DNA of 64,000 nucleotides. Origin: an uncultured Candidatus Saccharibacteria bacterium. Its GTDB lineage: Bacteria; Patescibacteriota; Dojkabacteria; SC72. The notes below the pieces were generated by a model, which saw nothing but the letters and a program-made list of their open reading frames with translations, was not told where the DNA came from and did no database searches. Below, piece by piece: positions 18,284 to 27,910 of the stretch. The stretch spans positions 37,427-101,426 of the forward strand of contig CAZZPP010000003.1 in assembly GCA_964655705.1 (NCBI GenBank). The letters are read 5' to 3'. Numbering within the stretch: the first letter of the stretch is position 1; each line of letters begins with the position of its first letter. The translations under genes were made by a program, and so were the position numbers.

Positions 18284-19932
18284 AATACATTCCTCAAATC
18301 AACCCCTGTCATACTATCTGGAATATCCATACCAACTAAACCTAAACATGTTGGAGATACATCAGCAAGCAAACCTGTGACCTGTGCATGTGCTCCAGTA
18401 CCTACCTTAACAAGATGAGTACCTGCCTTAGGGGTAATATCATTCATACTTGAAAGTATCATCAATGGTACAGGGTTATTAGTATGGGCAATATCTTTCT
18501 CTTTAGTCACCCTATTTATCATTGTCTCACAGTTACCATGGTCTGCAGTAATAATCATAGAACCTCCCATTGAAAGAGCAACTTTTGATATATCAGCAGT
18601 AAGAGAGTCCACTATCTCGTTTCCCCTAATAGTTGCTCCTAGATCGCCTGTATGACCCAACATATCAGGATTTGCAAAATTAATTACTACAAACTTGTAC
18701 TTGTATGTATCATATGCCTTAATTCTTTTTACAACCTCATCCCTAATAATTGATGAACTCATTTGAGGAATAGTAGCGTAATTTTCTACTCTAGGGGAAG
18801 GAATATTGAAAAAATCCTCACCCACATGGGGTTGTTCTACACCACCATTAAAGAAATATGTTACATGCATATTCTTTTCAGTCTCAGATATATGTAACTG
18901 ATTAAATCCTGAAGATGATATATACTCGGCCATTGGTTGCTTAATCTTTTTAGGAGGAAATATGACATGGGCATGAATACCCTCCTCGTAACCTGTCATT
19001 GTCACAAGATACAGGTTTTGAGGATAGTTTCTTCTAACAAAATGTTCAAACTCAGAAGATATGAAAGCCTTACTAATCTGTCTAGCACGATCCTCCCTAA
19101 AGTTCCAAAACAGTAATATGTCGTTGGGCTTAACAGGACCTATGGGGTTACCAGAACTATCTACCCTCATCATCGGTTTAACAAATTCATCAGTCTCGTT
19201 TTTCGCATATGCCTTTTGTAATGCTACAGTAGGATCTAGAAAACCCTCAGGAGCCAAACCAACCATTGCATCGTATGCAAGTTTAATTCTCTCCCACCTG
19301 TTATCCCTGTCCATACCAAAGAATCTTCCTTGCATTGAAGCTATGACTCCCACTCCACTCTCTCTAATCTTTTCGTTTAATTTGTTTAGATACAAAAAAC
19401 CGTCTTTAGCAGGAGTATCTCTACCATCAAACATAATATGAATATATGGGTTAACACCATTGGCCTTGCAGATATCCATTAATGAGAAAAGATGCTTAAT
19501 ATGTCCATGAACACCTGCAGCACTTAATACTCCAGCTAGATGGAAGTTAGAGCCCCTCTTTTTAACCTCAGCAAAAGCATCCCTCATAGTTAGGTTACTA
19601 TCTAACTCATGAGTAGATATTGCATCATTAATCATAGGTAAAGATTGGTATACAACCTGACCCGCGCCTAAATTTAAATGTCCTACTTCAGAGTTACCAG
19701 CCTCTTCTGATGGTAGGCCTACATACGTTCCAGAGGCATTAATTAAGGTTGATCTCCCATATGTCCAGGCAGTATCCAGAAATGGGGTCTTAGCTCCCAA
19801 TACTGCATTTCCTTCAGAATCGGGATGTATTCCAAATCCATCAAGTATTAAGAGTACTACAAACTTACTAGCTTGGACATTTTCTGTTGTAACAACCTCT
19901 TTTGGATTCTTCTTTTCAAATAGACCAAACAT
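18280..19932 (-). CDS. gpmI: 2,3-bisphosphoglycerate-independent phosphoglycerate mutase
   Basis: LILDGFG, GNSEVGH, MDRDNRW, NPDMLGHTG and TADHGN motifs. Confidence 0.97.
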   Translation of the reverse strand: MFGLFEKKNPKEVVTTENVQASKFVVLLILDGFGIHPDSEGNAVLGAKTPFLDTAWTYGRSTLINASGTYVGLPSEEAGNSEVGHLNLGAGQVVYQSLPMINDAISTHELDSNLTMRDAFAEVKKRGSNFHLAGVLSAAGVHGHIKHLFSLMDICKANGVNPYIHIMFDGRDTPAKDGFLYLNKLNEKIRESGVGVIASMQGRFFGMDRDNRWERIKLAYDAMVGLAPEGFLDPTVALQKAYAKNETDEFVKPMMRVDSSGNPIGPVKPNDILLFWNFREDRARQISKAFISSEFEHFVRRNYPQNLYLVTMTGYEEGIHAHVIFPPKKIKQPMAEYISSSGFNQLHISETEKNMHVTYFFNGGVEQPHVGEDFFNIPSPRVENYATIPQMSSSIIRDEVVKRIKAYDTYKYKFVVINFANPDMLGHTGDLGATIRGNEIVDSLTADISKVALSMGGSMIITADHGNCETMINRVTKEKDIAHTNNPVPLMILSSMNDITPKAGTHLVKVGTGAHAQVTGLLADVSPTCLGLVGMDIPDSMTGVDLRNVF

Positions 19933-19973
19933 ATATCAGTGATTTTTAAATTGGAATAGTATAATATACAAGA

Positions 19974-21056
19974 ATGGAAGAGATTAGTAAAAAAGATATT
20001 CAAAAATTATATGAGAAAGTATTAGATATTGAGAAATCTCTAGGTATTGACTCTAAAAGAGAGGTACTTAAAATACTCGAGCAGGAAAGTTCAGGCAAAG
20101 AGTTTTGGAACAACCAGAAGCATGCCCAAGAGGTAATGATACAGATTTCAGATATTACCCAAGAAATACAAAAGATTGAAAAAATAAAGGAAGACATCCA
20201 TTCACTCCAATCGCTACTCGAAGGCAATCAACACAACAATGATGAATATCTCAAGGAGAATATGAATGAGATATTGAGGGAACTCTCTACATTTGAATCT
20301 CTAAAATTCCTCTCAGGAAAATATGACGGTTGCAATGCTCAACTGTCTATTCACGCTGGACAAGGAGGTACAGAGGCTCAAGACTGGGCAGAGATGTTAC
20401 TGAGAATGTATACCATGTATATCGAGAAGAAGGGTTGGAAATACAATATCACGAATATTTTACAAGGCTCAGAGGTAGGTATCTCAACTGTTACACTAGA
20501 TATTACTGGGAAATATGTATACGGATTGTTAAAAAGAGAACATGGTACTCATCGTCTAGTTAGGCTCTCTCCATTCAATTCTCAAAATCTTCGCCAAACA
20601 TCATTTGCTGGAGTAGAGGTAATACCCATATTGGAAGAGTTAGGAAATGAGATATCTGTTTCAGAGGAGGATATTGAATTCAAAGCAACTAAGTCTGGGG
20701 GCCCTGGGGGACAGAACGTAAACAAGACCTCAACTGCTGTACAAATTACTCATTTACCTACAGGGATCGTAGTAAATTGTTCTCAGGAAAGAAGTCAATT
20801 ACAAAACAGAGAGAAAGCCATGCAAATACTAAAAGCTAAACTATGGAGAATATTAGAAGAAAACCGATTAAAAGAAATATCCGAAATTAAAGGTGACTAC
20901 AAGGTGGCAGGATGGGGAAATCAAATTAGGAATTACATATTACACCCGTACAAACTTGTAAAAGACTTGAGAACTAATGTAGAAAGTAGTAACCCTGAAA
21001 GCATACTAGATGGTAATATTGATGAATTTCTTGAAGCCCAGTTAAGAATACAGTAA
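19974..21056 (+). CDS. prfB: Peptide chain release factor 2 (continuous ORF)
   Basis: GGTEAQDWAEML, SPF tripeptide, GGQ motif, WGNQIRNY. Confidence 0.96.
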   Translation: MEEISKKDIQKLYEKVLDIEKSLGIDSKREVLKILEQESSGKEFWNNQKHAQEVMIQISDITQEIQKIEKIKEDIHSLQSLLEGNQHNNDEYLKENMNEILRELSTFESLKFLSGKYDGCNAQLSIHAGQGGTEAQDWAEMLLRMYTMYIEKKGWKYNITNILQGSEVGISTVTLDITGKYVYGLLKREHGTHRLVRLSPFNSQNLRQTSFAGVEVIPILEELGNEISVSEEDIEFKATKSGGPGGQNVNKTSTAVQITHLPTGIVVNCSQERSQLQNREKAMQILKAKLWRILEENRLKEISEIKGDYKVAGWGNQIRNYILHPYKLVKDLRTNVESSNPESILDGNIDEFLEAQLRIQ

Positions 21057-21090
21057 TATATACAGTAACTTAAACTGCATAAATCTGCTC

Positions 21091-22020
21091 ATGATAATAT
21101 TTGATACAGTAACAAAGAAATACAAAGAGGATATTACTGCACTCCAAGATGTTTCTTTCAGGATAGATCCTGGAGAGTTCTGCTTTGTAATTGGACCCTC
21201 TGGTGCTGGTAAATCCACAATTATGAAATTACTCATTAGAGAGGAAGTACCTACTTCTGGTAGTATTTTCTTTAATGATATTGAGGTCCCTAAGTTAAAT
21301 AGAAGACTTCTTCCAGCATATAGGCAGAAATTAGGAGTTGTATTTCAAGATATTAAATTACTTACAGGTAAAACCTTAGAAGAAAATATTGCTTTTGCAT
21401 TAGAGATATTAGACAAAAGTAATAAAGAGATAAAGGATACCACTGACTATCTACTAGATTTAGTAGGATTAAGGGATAGAAGAACACTCTTTCCTGAGGA
21501 ACTATCAGGAGGAGAACAGCAAAGAGGTGCAATTGCTAGAGCACTTGCAAATAAACCAGATTTCTTCATAGCAGATGAACCCACAGGGAATCTTGATTCA
21601 GAGAATGCATTACAGATTTTGGAGATTCTTAAAACAATAAATAAGAGTGGTACTACCGTTATGGTCATATCACACGACTTAAATCTAATTAGTAAAACAA
21701 GTGACAGAACAATTAATCTTAAGGATGGAAAATTAAACTCTGATTCCAAACCGAAAGATATTCCTAAGCAGGATATTAAAGAAGAAGAGAAGAAGGTTGA
21801 AGTTAAAAAGGAGGATATTAAAGAGGTTAAATTGTCTTCTGATTTTGATTCCCTAACAAAATCGCTAAAAGAAAAATTAATACAATACGCTATTAAAACT
21901 CCTGATGTCTTACTCAATATTACTACCCAGGAGTTAAAAAATATGAAATTAAGTAAGAAAGAGAACAAGGAGTTAGCCACCTTTGTTAAAAAATATTTAA
22001 GTAAAAAGAACAATGAATAG
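21091..22020 (+). CDS. ftsE: Cell division ABC ATPase FtsE with C-terminal extension
   Basis: GPSGAGKST, LSGGEQQR and ADEPTGNLD motifs; directly upstream of ftsX. Confidence 0.9.
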   Translation: MIIFDTVTKKYKEDITALQDVSFRIDPGEFCFVIGPSGAGKSTIMKLLIREEVPTSGSIFFNDIEVPKLNRRLLPAYRQKLGVVFQDIKLLTGKTLEENIAFALEILDKSNKEIKDTTDYLLDLVGLRDRRTLFPEELSGGEQQRGAIARALANKPDFFIADEPTGNLDSENALQILEILKTINKSGTTVMVISHDLNLISKTSDRTINLKDGKLNSDSKPKDIPKQDIKEEEKKVEVKKEDIKEVKLSSDFDSLTKSLKEKLIQYAIKTPDVLLNITTQELKNMKLSKKENKELATFVKKYLSKKNNE

Positions 22021-22939
22021 TACAAGAGTATTTTCAGTAACAAGTAAAAATATTAAGAGGAATAAATGGTTAACAATATCCACAATATTAGTTTCAGCCA
22101 TTGTATTTACTCTTACATCAGTATTTGTATCAATATCAATATTGATATCCAAAACAGTTGATTACTATGAACAAAGAGCACAGGTAATTGTATTTTTTAA
22201 AAAAGGTACTTCCCAAGAGGAAATATTTAGATTTAAAGATATCATTAATGACCCTGAGGTAGTAGAAGAAATAATATATATATCCCAGGAACAAGCGTTA
22301 GAGGTTTACAAAGAGGATTTTGCAGATAATCCGGAATTAATATCTACCATTACTGCAGATTCCCTACCCCCTAGTTTAGAACTTAGAGCAAAGAGTATTG
22401 ATGGTCTTTTAGGTGTCATTGATAATATTAATAAGTTAAAAGAAACAAATCCTAATGTAGATGAGGTTATGTATTTTAAAGATGTTGTTAACAATATTAG
22501 AACACTCTCTAGAATCATTAATATTGGAGGTACAGCATTAATATCTGCAATGATTTTAGTTACAATTGCATTAATTCGAGTTACTATTGGGTTCAACATT
22601 AAACTCCATCAAGAAGAAATAGAGATTATGCATCTTGTTGGAAGTTCAGATAAGTTCATAAGAACCCCCTTCATATTAGAAGGTACATTCTACGGCTTAA
22701 CAGGTGGTTTTCTAGCAGCTCTAATTGTACTGCTACCTTGGTATTCAGCAAATATATACTCTACTGGTACAGAGTTTGCTACATGGATTACAGAGATGTT
22801 TAAAGATATTAATCTTTCCTTTGTCTTGAGACCAAACTTTACATTCATACTTGTATTTTTACTCATTCATATGATTGTTGGATCAGTAATTGGGTTCTTC
22901 AGTAGTTTAAGTTCAGTTAAAAAGTATTTAAGAGAGTAA
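22013..22939 (+). CDS. ftsX: Cell division permease FtsX
   Basis: NIKRNKWL and EEIEIMHLVG...FIRTPFILEG motifs; four TM segments. Confidence 0.92.
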   Translation: MNSTRVFSVTSKNIKRNKWLTISTILVSAIVFTLTSVFVSISILISKTVDYYEQRAQVIVFFKKGTSQEEIFRFKDIINDPEVVEEIIYISQEQALEVYKEDFADNPELISTITADSLPPSLELRAKSIDGLLGVIDNINKLKETNPNVDEVMYFKDVVNNIRTLSRIINIGGTALISAMILVTIALIRVTIGFNIKLHQEEIEIMHLVGSSDKFIRTPFILEGTFYGLTGGFLAALIVLLPWYSANIYSTGTEFATWITEMFKDINLSFVLRPNFTFILVFLLIHMIVGSVIGFFSSLSSVKKYLRE

Positions 22940-22941
22940 GC

Positions 22942-24267
22942 ATGAAAAGAGATATCAAGATACTATTTACAATATTATTTACTTTTATTTCACTCCTAAC
23001 ATTTTCTAGGGTAGTATCTTCTGCTGAAAAGTGTCCTGATACTATGCCCCCACAGGAGAGATATGTATGTTTACAAAGTGAATTGACCAAACTTGAGAGT
23101 ACTCAAGGCTCTTTACAAAAGAAACTTAAAAATGAAGATTACCAACAGCTATCACTAAATGAAAAATTACAATATATTACTACTCAAATTGAACAAACTG
23201 AAAAGGTCATCGAAGTCCTAGGATTTGAAATAACTGCTCAAGATATTGAAATATTACTACTTTCAGAAGAGATCTCTCTTAAGGAGGATGATATTAGCAT
23301 ATTAAACCAAGAGATAAAGGTTTTGGAAAGAACAGTAAATGAGAGAGTTACACAGTCTTACAAGTTCTCGTATGTTGGTCCTTTTGAGTTGTTTTTAGAT
23401 TTTAAGAATCTAGATAATGTAATTAGGAAGGTTAAATATCTTCTGGAGGCTAGAAATAATGATAAGGACTCATTAGCAAACTATTCAAACAAAAAGGATC
23501 TTCTTGTACAAGAAGAACAAATACTTGCTGTACAGAAAGCAGATCTACAAAAGAAAAGAAATGAGATTGAGTTAGAAAAAGATAGATTAGTGGAAGAGAG
23601 GATATATTTAGACCAACAGAAAGCAGAAAAGAATATTCTATTGGCTGAATCTAAAAGAAGAGAAGAGGAGTATAGGAGGGAATTAGCAGAAACTACTGCA
23701 ATGATTTCTGATATGGATGAGAAAATCTCTGACCTAGTTATTGCACTCTTTAATTCTGGAGGTCTTGGGAATGGAACTAAGGTTGCTGCTGGTATTCCCA
23801 TTGGATATCAGGGACATACTGGTTGTTCATTCGGTTCACACCTACATTTTGAGATTAGGGATAAAAACAATGTAAAACAAGATCCCTCAATATATTTAAA
23901 TGGAGGAACATACTGGTCATTAGTATCATCAAAGATATATCAAGCACCTCTTAGGGGAGCAAGAATAACCCAGGTATACAAGACATGGTCTCATAGGGCA
24001 TGGGATATGGTTAGTCTCTCTGAAGGTATCCAAAATGGTTCTACATACACAGTCCCTACTGGTATATGTACCAATGTAGACAACTATATTAAGAGTACAG
24101 GAAGAAACTGGGCATATCTAACCGGTGAGGGTGCAACTGTTAGGTCCATCACAAGTGGAACAATATATTATGGACTTTATTCTACTAACCTACCCCAATA
24201 TCCTTGTAAATACGCATTACTAGTCCATGATGATGGTAATAAATCCTTCTATTTACACCTTAAATAA
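22942..24267 (+). CDS. Secreted coiled-coil protein with permuted M23 peptidase domain (EnvC/CwlO-like FtsEX partner)
   Basis: Signal peptide, long coiled coil, IGYQGHTG...HLHFEI, then HRAWD and a terminal YLHLK. Confidence 0.82.
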   Translation: MKRDIKILFTILFTFISLLTFSRVVSSAEKCPDTMPPQERYVCLQSELTKLESTQGSLQKKLKNEDYQQLSLNEKLQYITTQIEQTEKVIEVLGFEITAQDIEILLLSEEISLKEDDISILNQEIKVLERTVNERVTQSYKFSYVGPFELFLDFKNLDNVIRKVKYLLEARNNDKDSLANYSNKKDLLVQEEQILAVQKADLQKKRNEIELEKDRLVEERIYLDQQKAEKNILLAESKRREEEYRRELAETTAMISDMDEKISDLVIALFNSGGLGNGTKVAAGIPIGYQGHTGCSFGSHLHFEIRDKNNVKQDPSIYLNGGTYWSLVSSKIYQAPLRGARITQVYKTWSHRAWDMVSLSEGIQNGSTYTVPTGICTNVDNYIKSTGRNWAYLTGEGATVRSITSGTIYYGLYSTNLPQYPCKYALLVHDDGNKSFYLHLK

Positions 24268-24349
24268 GCCCTTTGCTAAATGTAAATTTTTCTGATAAAC
24301 TCTTTAATGTTAACTATAAGTTTATTTTAATTTATTAATATATTGCTAG

Positions 24350-25177
24350 ATGGCAAAAGTAAAAGTTAAAAAGAAGAGTAAATCCTCTAAAGCCCCAAAG
24401 AAAACCATTACAATAAAAAAACCAAATATCAAACTTGGTAAGCCTAATTTTAAAAAGGTAATTTCCAGCGATGGCTTTAGAACCTTCTTAATAGTATTGG
24501 GTAGTATTGTAATATTCATCTTAATAGATCTTCTTGTTCAGTATTTAAATAATGGATACAGCATTGCTGTAGTAGATGGTAAAAGGATATCTAAAACAGA
24601 GTATCACAAAAGATTGGAAGCATCGTACGGCTCTACTATTGCTCAACAGTTAATTGATGAGCAATTAATTAAAATTGAAGCTCAGAAGGCTGATGTTGAT
24701 GTCACTAAGGAAGAGATAGATGAGCAACTAAATGAAATTATTGAGAGTGTGGGAGGACAGGAATCATATCTTCAGGCCTTGGAGCAGAATAATATTACTG
24801 AGGAAGATTTAAAATCTCAGATTGAGTTAGATATTCTTTCCAGAAAGATTCTAACCCCTACCTTGGAATATACTGAGGATGATGTAAAAGCATTCTTTGA
24901 ACAGTATAGCGCTGTACTATTCCCAACAGAAACAGCAGAGTTAGAAGAGGGTGAAAAATTAGACTATGAACTATTTAAGGAAGAGTCTGAGAAGAGATAT
25001 GTTGAGCAAGAGGTTTACAATAGTGAGGCTACATGGTTAGAAGGACTAAAGACAGAGTACAAGATTCAGGATAACTCATCTATTAAACCTACATATGGTG
25101 TATTAAAAGCAACAATAAATATCTTTAAAAACTATTTTGATAATGCAAATAGTAATGAGATAGAGGTAGAAGAGTAA
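24350..25177 (+). CDS. SurA N-terminal/PrsA-like foldase without a clear parvulin domain
   Basis: TM segment then AVVDGKRIS...QQLIDEQLI..EA....V.VT.EEID pattern. Confidence 0.75.
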   Translation: MAKVKVKKKSKSSKAPKKTITIKKPNIKLGKPNFKKVISSDGFRTFLIVLGSIVIFILIDLLVQYLNNGYSIAVVDGKRISKTEYHKRLEASYGSTIAQQLIDEQLIKIEAQKADVDVTKEEIDEQLNEIIESVGGQESYLQALEQNNITEEDLKSQIELDILSRKILTPTLEYTEDDVKAFFEQYSAVLFPTETAELEEGEKLDYELFKEESEKRYVEQEVYNSEATWLEGLKTEYKIQDNSSIKPTYGVLKATINIFKNYFDNANSNEIEVEE

Positions 25178-25196
25178 TCATATATCTACGATTATT

Positions 25197-25227
25197 AAAA
25201 AGGGGGAGAATCAATTCCCCCTTTTTT
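25197..25227. terminator. Bidirectional intrinsic terminator
   Basis: AAAAAGGGGGA-gaatcaat-TCCCCCTTTTTT between convergent genes. Confidence 0.85.
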
Positions 25228-25230
25228 CTT

Positions 25231-25827
25231 CTATACCCCAGAGTCAGAGGGCTCTACCAAACCGTAACCTCCTTTAAATCTTCTGTAAAGCATTGATATC
25301 TTACCAGTACTTTTGTTCCGAAAAAGGAATTGGTCATATCCCAGCAGTTCCATTTTCTCAATAGCCTCCCCTTCTTCTAGGGGAGTCATATCATCAATTC
25401 TTTTTCTAGTCGCAATAGTCGGGGTATAGTCAGAATACTGATCATTGGGCGATTGATTCTCAACACTCTCTAAATGGGCATCCGCTTCAAGGACCTTCCA
25501 TGGAGTAACTCCTTCCCAATACTCCTTCCTTCCTTGATATCTTTTTAATCTCCTAGCTAGGGTATCTGTTGCAGTATCAATAATAGCATACATATTCTCT
25601 CCATTTTCCTCTACTCTAACAATACTTCTAGGTAATTTAACATTAATATCTACTCTAAAATCATCTTTTACCCCCCTACGAGTAACATACTCCTTTAAAA
25701 CAACCTCTATACCTGTAGCCTCACTCCATAGATGTTCATACTTATCTACCTTCTCTACAATGTAATTCTTTAAAGCCTGTGTAGGCTTCATACCTACAAA
25801 AGTAATCTGTATATCTTCTATGGTCAT
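25231..25827 (-). CDS. hpf: Long-form ribosome hibernation promoting factor (HPF/RaiA)
   Basis: T.ALKNYI.EK and NMYAIID N-domain; EAIEKMELLGYDQFLFRN C-domain. Confidence 0.9.
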   Translation of the reverse strand: MTIEDIQITFVGMKPTQALKNYIVEKVDKYEHLWSEATGIEVVLKEYVTRRGVKDDFRVDINVKLPRSIVRVEENGENMYAIIDTATDTLARRLKRYQGRKEYWEGVTPWKVLEADAHLESVENQSPNDQYSDYTPTIATRKRIDDMTPLEEGEAIEKMELLGYDQFLFRNKSTGKISMLYRRFKGGYGLVEPSDSGV

Positions 25828-25939
25828 CTTAAAGATATATAAATTTATATATACCAATATTCTACATTAAAAACATACAAATCTAAATCTTTACATTTAA
25901 AACCATTAAGTATACAATAGCCCCATAACATTATCTATT

Positions 25940-26392
25940 ATGACTATGATAGAAAAAGAAGAACAAGGAGCACTACTTAATAGGGAAGCAGTAATAGTTA
26001 ACTATGGAGAACTTTTCATCAATCCTTTCTTAGATGATGATACTAATGTAGGAATATGTTTTGAAAAACAGATTGAGGATACTAAATATCAAGATCCTAG
26101 ATTTTTTTTAACAGAGTATGGTGCTGTATCAGTAATATCATATAAAGGTGATTCCATCTGGGATGTTCAACTTAATCCTCTTAGTATTGATAAATACCAA
26201 GAATTAATTACAGAGATTGAGTGTGCTTCATTTGAAAATAAAGACCATCCTATGGCATATGCTACTAAAAGTGCTCTCTTTGATTTTGGACAGTATTTTC
26301 TTGAAATACTTCCATACAAAAACGAAAAAGCATACAAATTACTTAGGTTTCATCTTAACGAGAAATTGAAGGGTCACCATTCTTTACAATAG
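25940..26392 (+). CDS. Hypothetical protein
   Basis: 150-aa ORF; no motif recognised. Confidence 0.55.
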   Translation: MTMIEKEEQGALLNREAVIVNYGELFINPFLDDDTNVGICFEKQIEDTKYQDPRFFLTEYGAVSVISYKGDSIWDVQLNPLSIDKYQELITEIECASFENKDHPMAYATKSALFDFGQYFLEILPYKNEKAYKLLRFHLNEKLKGHHSLQ

Positions 26393-26438
26393 GCATTCAT
26401 TTTGAAATAATAAAGGAATAACTTCTAACATTAGAAAT

Positions 26439-26903
26439 ATGGAACCATCTTCTAAAACTGACTGGTTAATAAATCCAGAGCAATATGAAACAGTAACTAC
26501 ACCACAATAGATAATTGATAAATACGGAAAGCAGTTTGAAGTTCAACATATCGATAATGATAATCCTAACAAACCACCAATAGCATATGAATCATCCCCT
26601 ATAGGAATAGATCCAGAGAAAGAGAAAGAACGATTTGTACTTACCACTGAAAGAGTATATACATTAACAAGTGACTCTTCTAATGTATGGAGATTAGCTT
26701 TCTCAGACCCTAAAGTAATTGATGTTGTACATAGAGCAATTATTGTTTCAAAGGTTAGATATACAATGTTGGACAAACCGATTACTTCTCCCGTTGAAAT
26801 ACCAGAGTATGGATTAAAACTTAATCTTAACTATATGCCCCCTCCTGTAGAAAATTCTAGATATATAATGGAGACGTTAGATAGAAGGAAAGCATATTAT
26901 TAG
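26439..26903 (+). pseudogene. 155-codon reading frame interrupted by one in-frame TAG (26508-26510)
   Basis: ATG 26439 MEPSSKTDWLINPEQYETVTTPQ*IIDKYGKQFEVQH...RRKAYY*; the frame stays open for 130 codons after the TAG. Confidence 0.6.
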
Positions 26904-26940
26904 TTGCAAGAACAAGAGTTAGGGATATATAATATCTTAT

Positions 26941-27015
26941 TCCGCGATAGCTCAATGGTAGAGCGAACGGCTGTTAACCGTTTGGTTCCAGGTTCGAGTC
27001 CTGGTCGCGGAGCCA
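26941..27015 (+). tRNA. tRNA-Asn(GTT)
   Basis: Acceptor TCCGCGA/TCGCGGA; anticodon arm AACGG-CTGTTAA-CCGTT; ends in GCCA. Confidence 0.96.
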
Positions 27016-27309
27016 ATCATGACTATCCTGTGATTTAAGTATTACATCAAAGGGCTTTATCAAGTCATAGCTTAGCTTTTTCTCATCTAGTGTAAGGTTC
27101 TGAAGTGTAAGATTGATAATTTGTCTCTTTTGTTCCATTTCAGAACTTTCAAACAACTCCCCTGCTCTTTGGGCTAAAGATAGTATTGATTCTGCAAGGA
27201 TATAATACTCTTCATCTGCTTTGCTAAGTTGCTCAATCTTTCTTTGGATTTTCTTTACCTCTCCTTGGTAGCTGTTCTTCCTTTCTGTATATTCACTATC
27301 AGTAATACT
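26974..27309 (-). pseudogene. C-terminal remnant of a large serine recombinase/integrase reading into tRNA-Asn
   Basis: SITDSEY...ADEEYY...LAQRAGELFESSEMEQKRQIINLTLQNLTLD...YDLIKPFD...WLRDQDSNLEP; no N-terminal catalytic domain. Confidence 0.72.
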
Positions 27310-27336
27310 CCACTCCCCTTTTTCATATACTACCCC

Positions 27337-27759
27337 CTATATCCAATATATTAAATAAACAAATATACTATTTAATATAAATAACAATATTAAAATATAT
27401 ACCCTCTTCATAATTAAATCATACCTCTCTCTCTTCTTTTTAATATATAAATACAGTAATAAAGGAGTATGTAAAACCATATACATACCCAATCCATAAA
27501 GAGAATAACCAAAAAATGAAGGAGAATACTCAATAAAATCATAAAACCCCTCTAAAAAAGAAGAAGAAACACCAACCCCATACCCTAATTTAATAGAAAC
27601 ATACCCAAAAAAAGATATAACTAACAACTTCAAGGAACTCTCTAACTTACTAAAATCCTTTTTAAAAAGATAATACATAACATAACAAAAAGACTCTAAA
27701 CAAACTCCAGCCAATAACGGGATTATATATCGCTCTAACAAAGTAATTAGTAATATCAT
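27337..27759 (-). CDS. Hypothetical multi-pass membrane protein
   Basis: Four hydrophobic segments; very C-poor coding strand. Confidence 0.6.
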   Translation of the reverse strand: MILLITLLERYIIPLLAGVCLESFCYVMYYLFKKDFSKLESSLKLLVISFFGYVSIKLGYGVGVSSSFLEGFYDFIEYSPSFFGYSLYGLGMYMVLHTPLLLYLYIKKKRERYDLIMKRVYILILLFILNSIFVYLIYWI

Positions 27760-27910
27760 ATTTACATCAACATAAATTTACAAACCCACATATTACTCAT
27801 TTAACTATTTAGATAGTACAATATATTTCATAATAATAATATCCTGTTCAAACATATTTAATACCATATTACTAAAATATATACATATATAATTTTTTAA
27901 ATATGTATAT

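Noticed and set aside
26508-27339. Genome-wide TAG or TGA reassignment suggested by two amber-interrupted frames
   Set aside because: Conserved genes end at TAG (parB, rplU) and TGA (rodA) at expected lengths, and no suppressor tRNA is seen.
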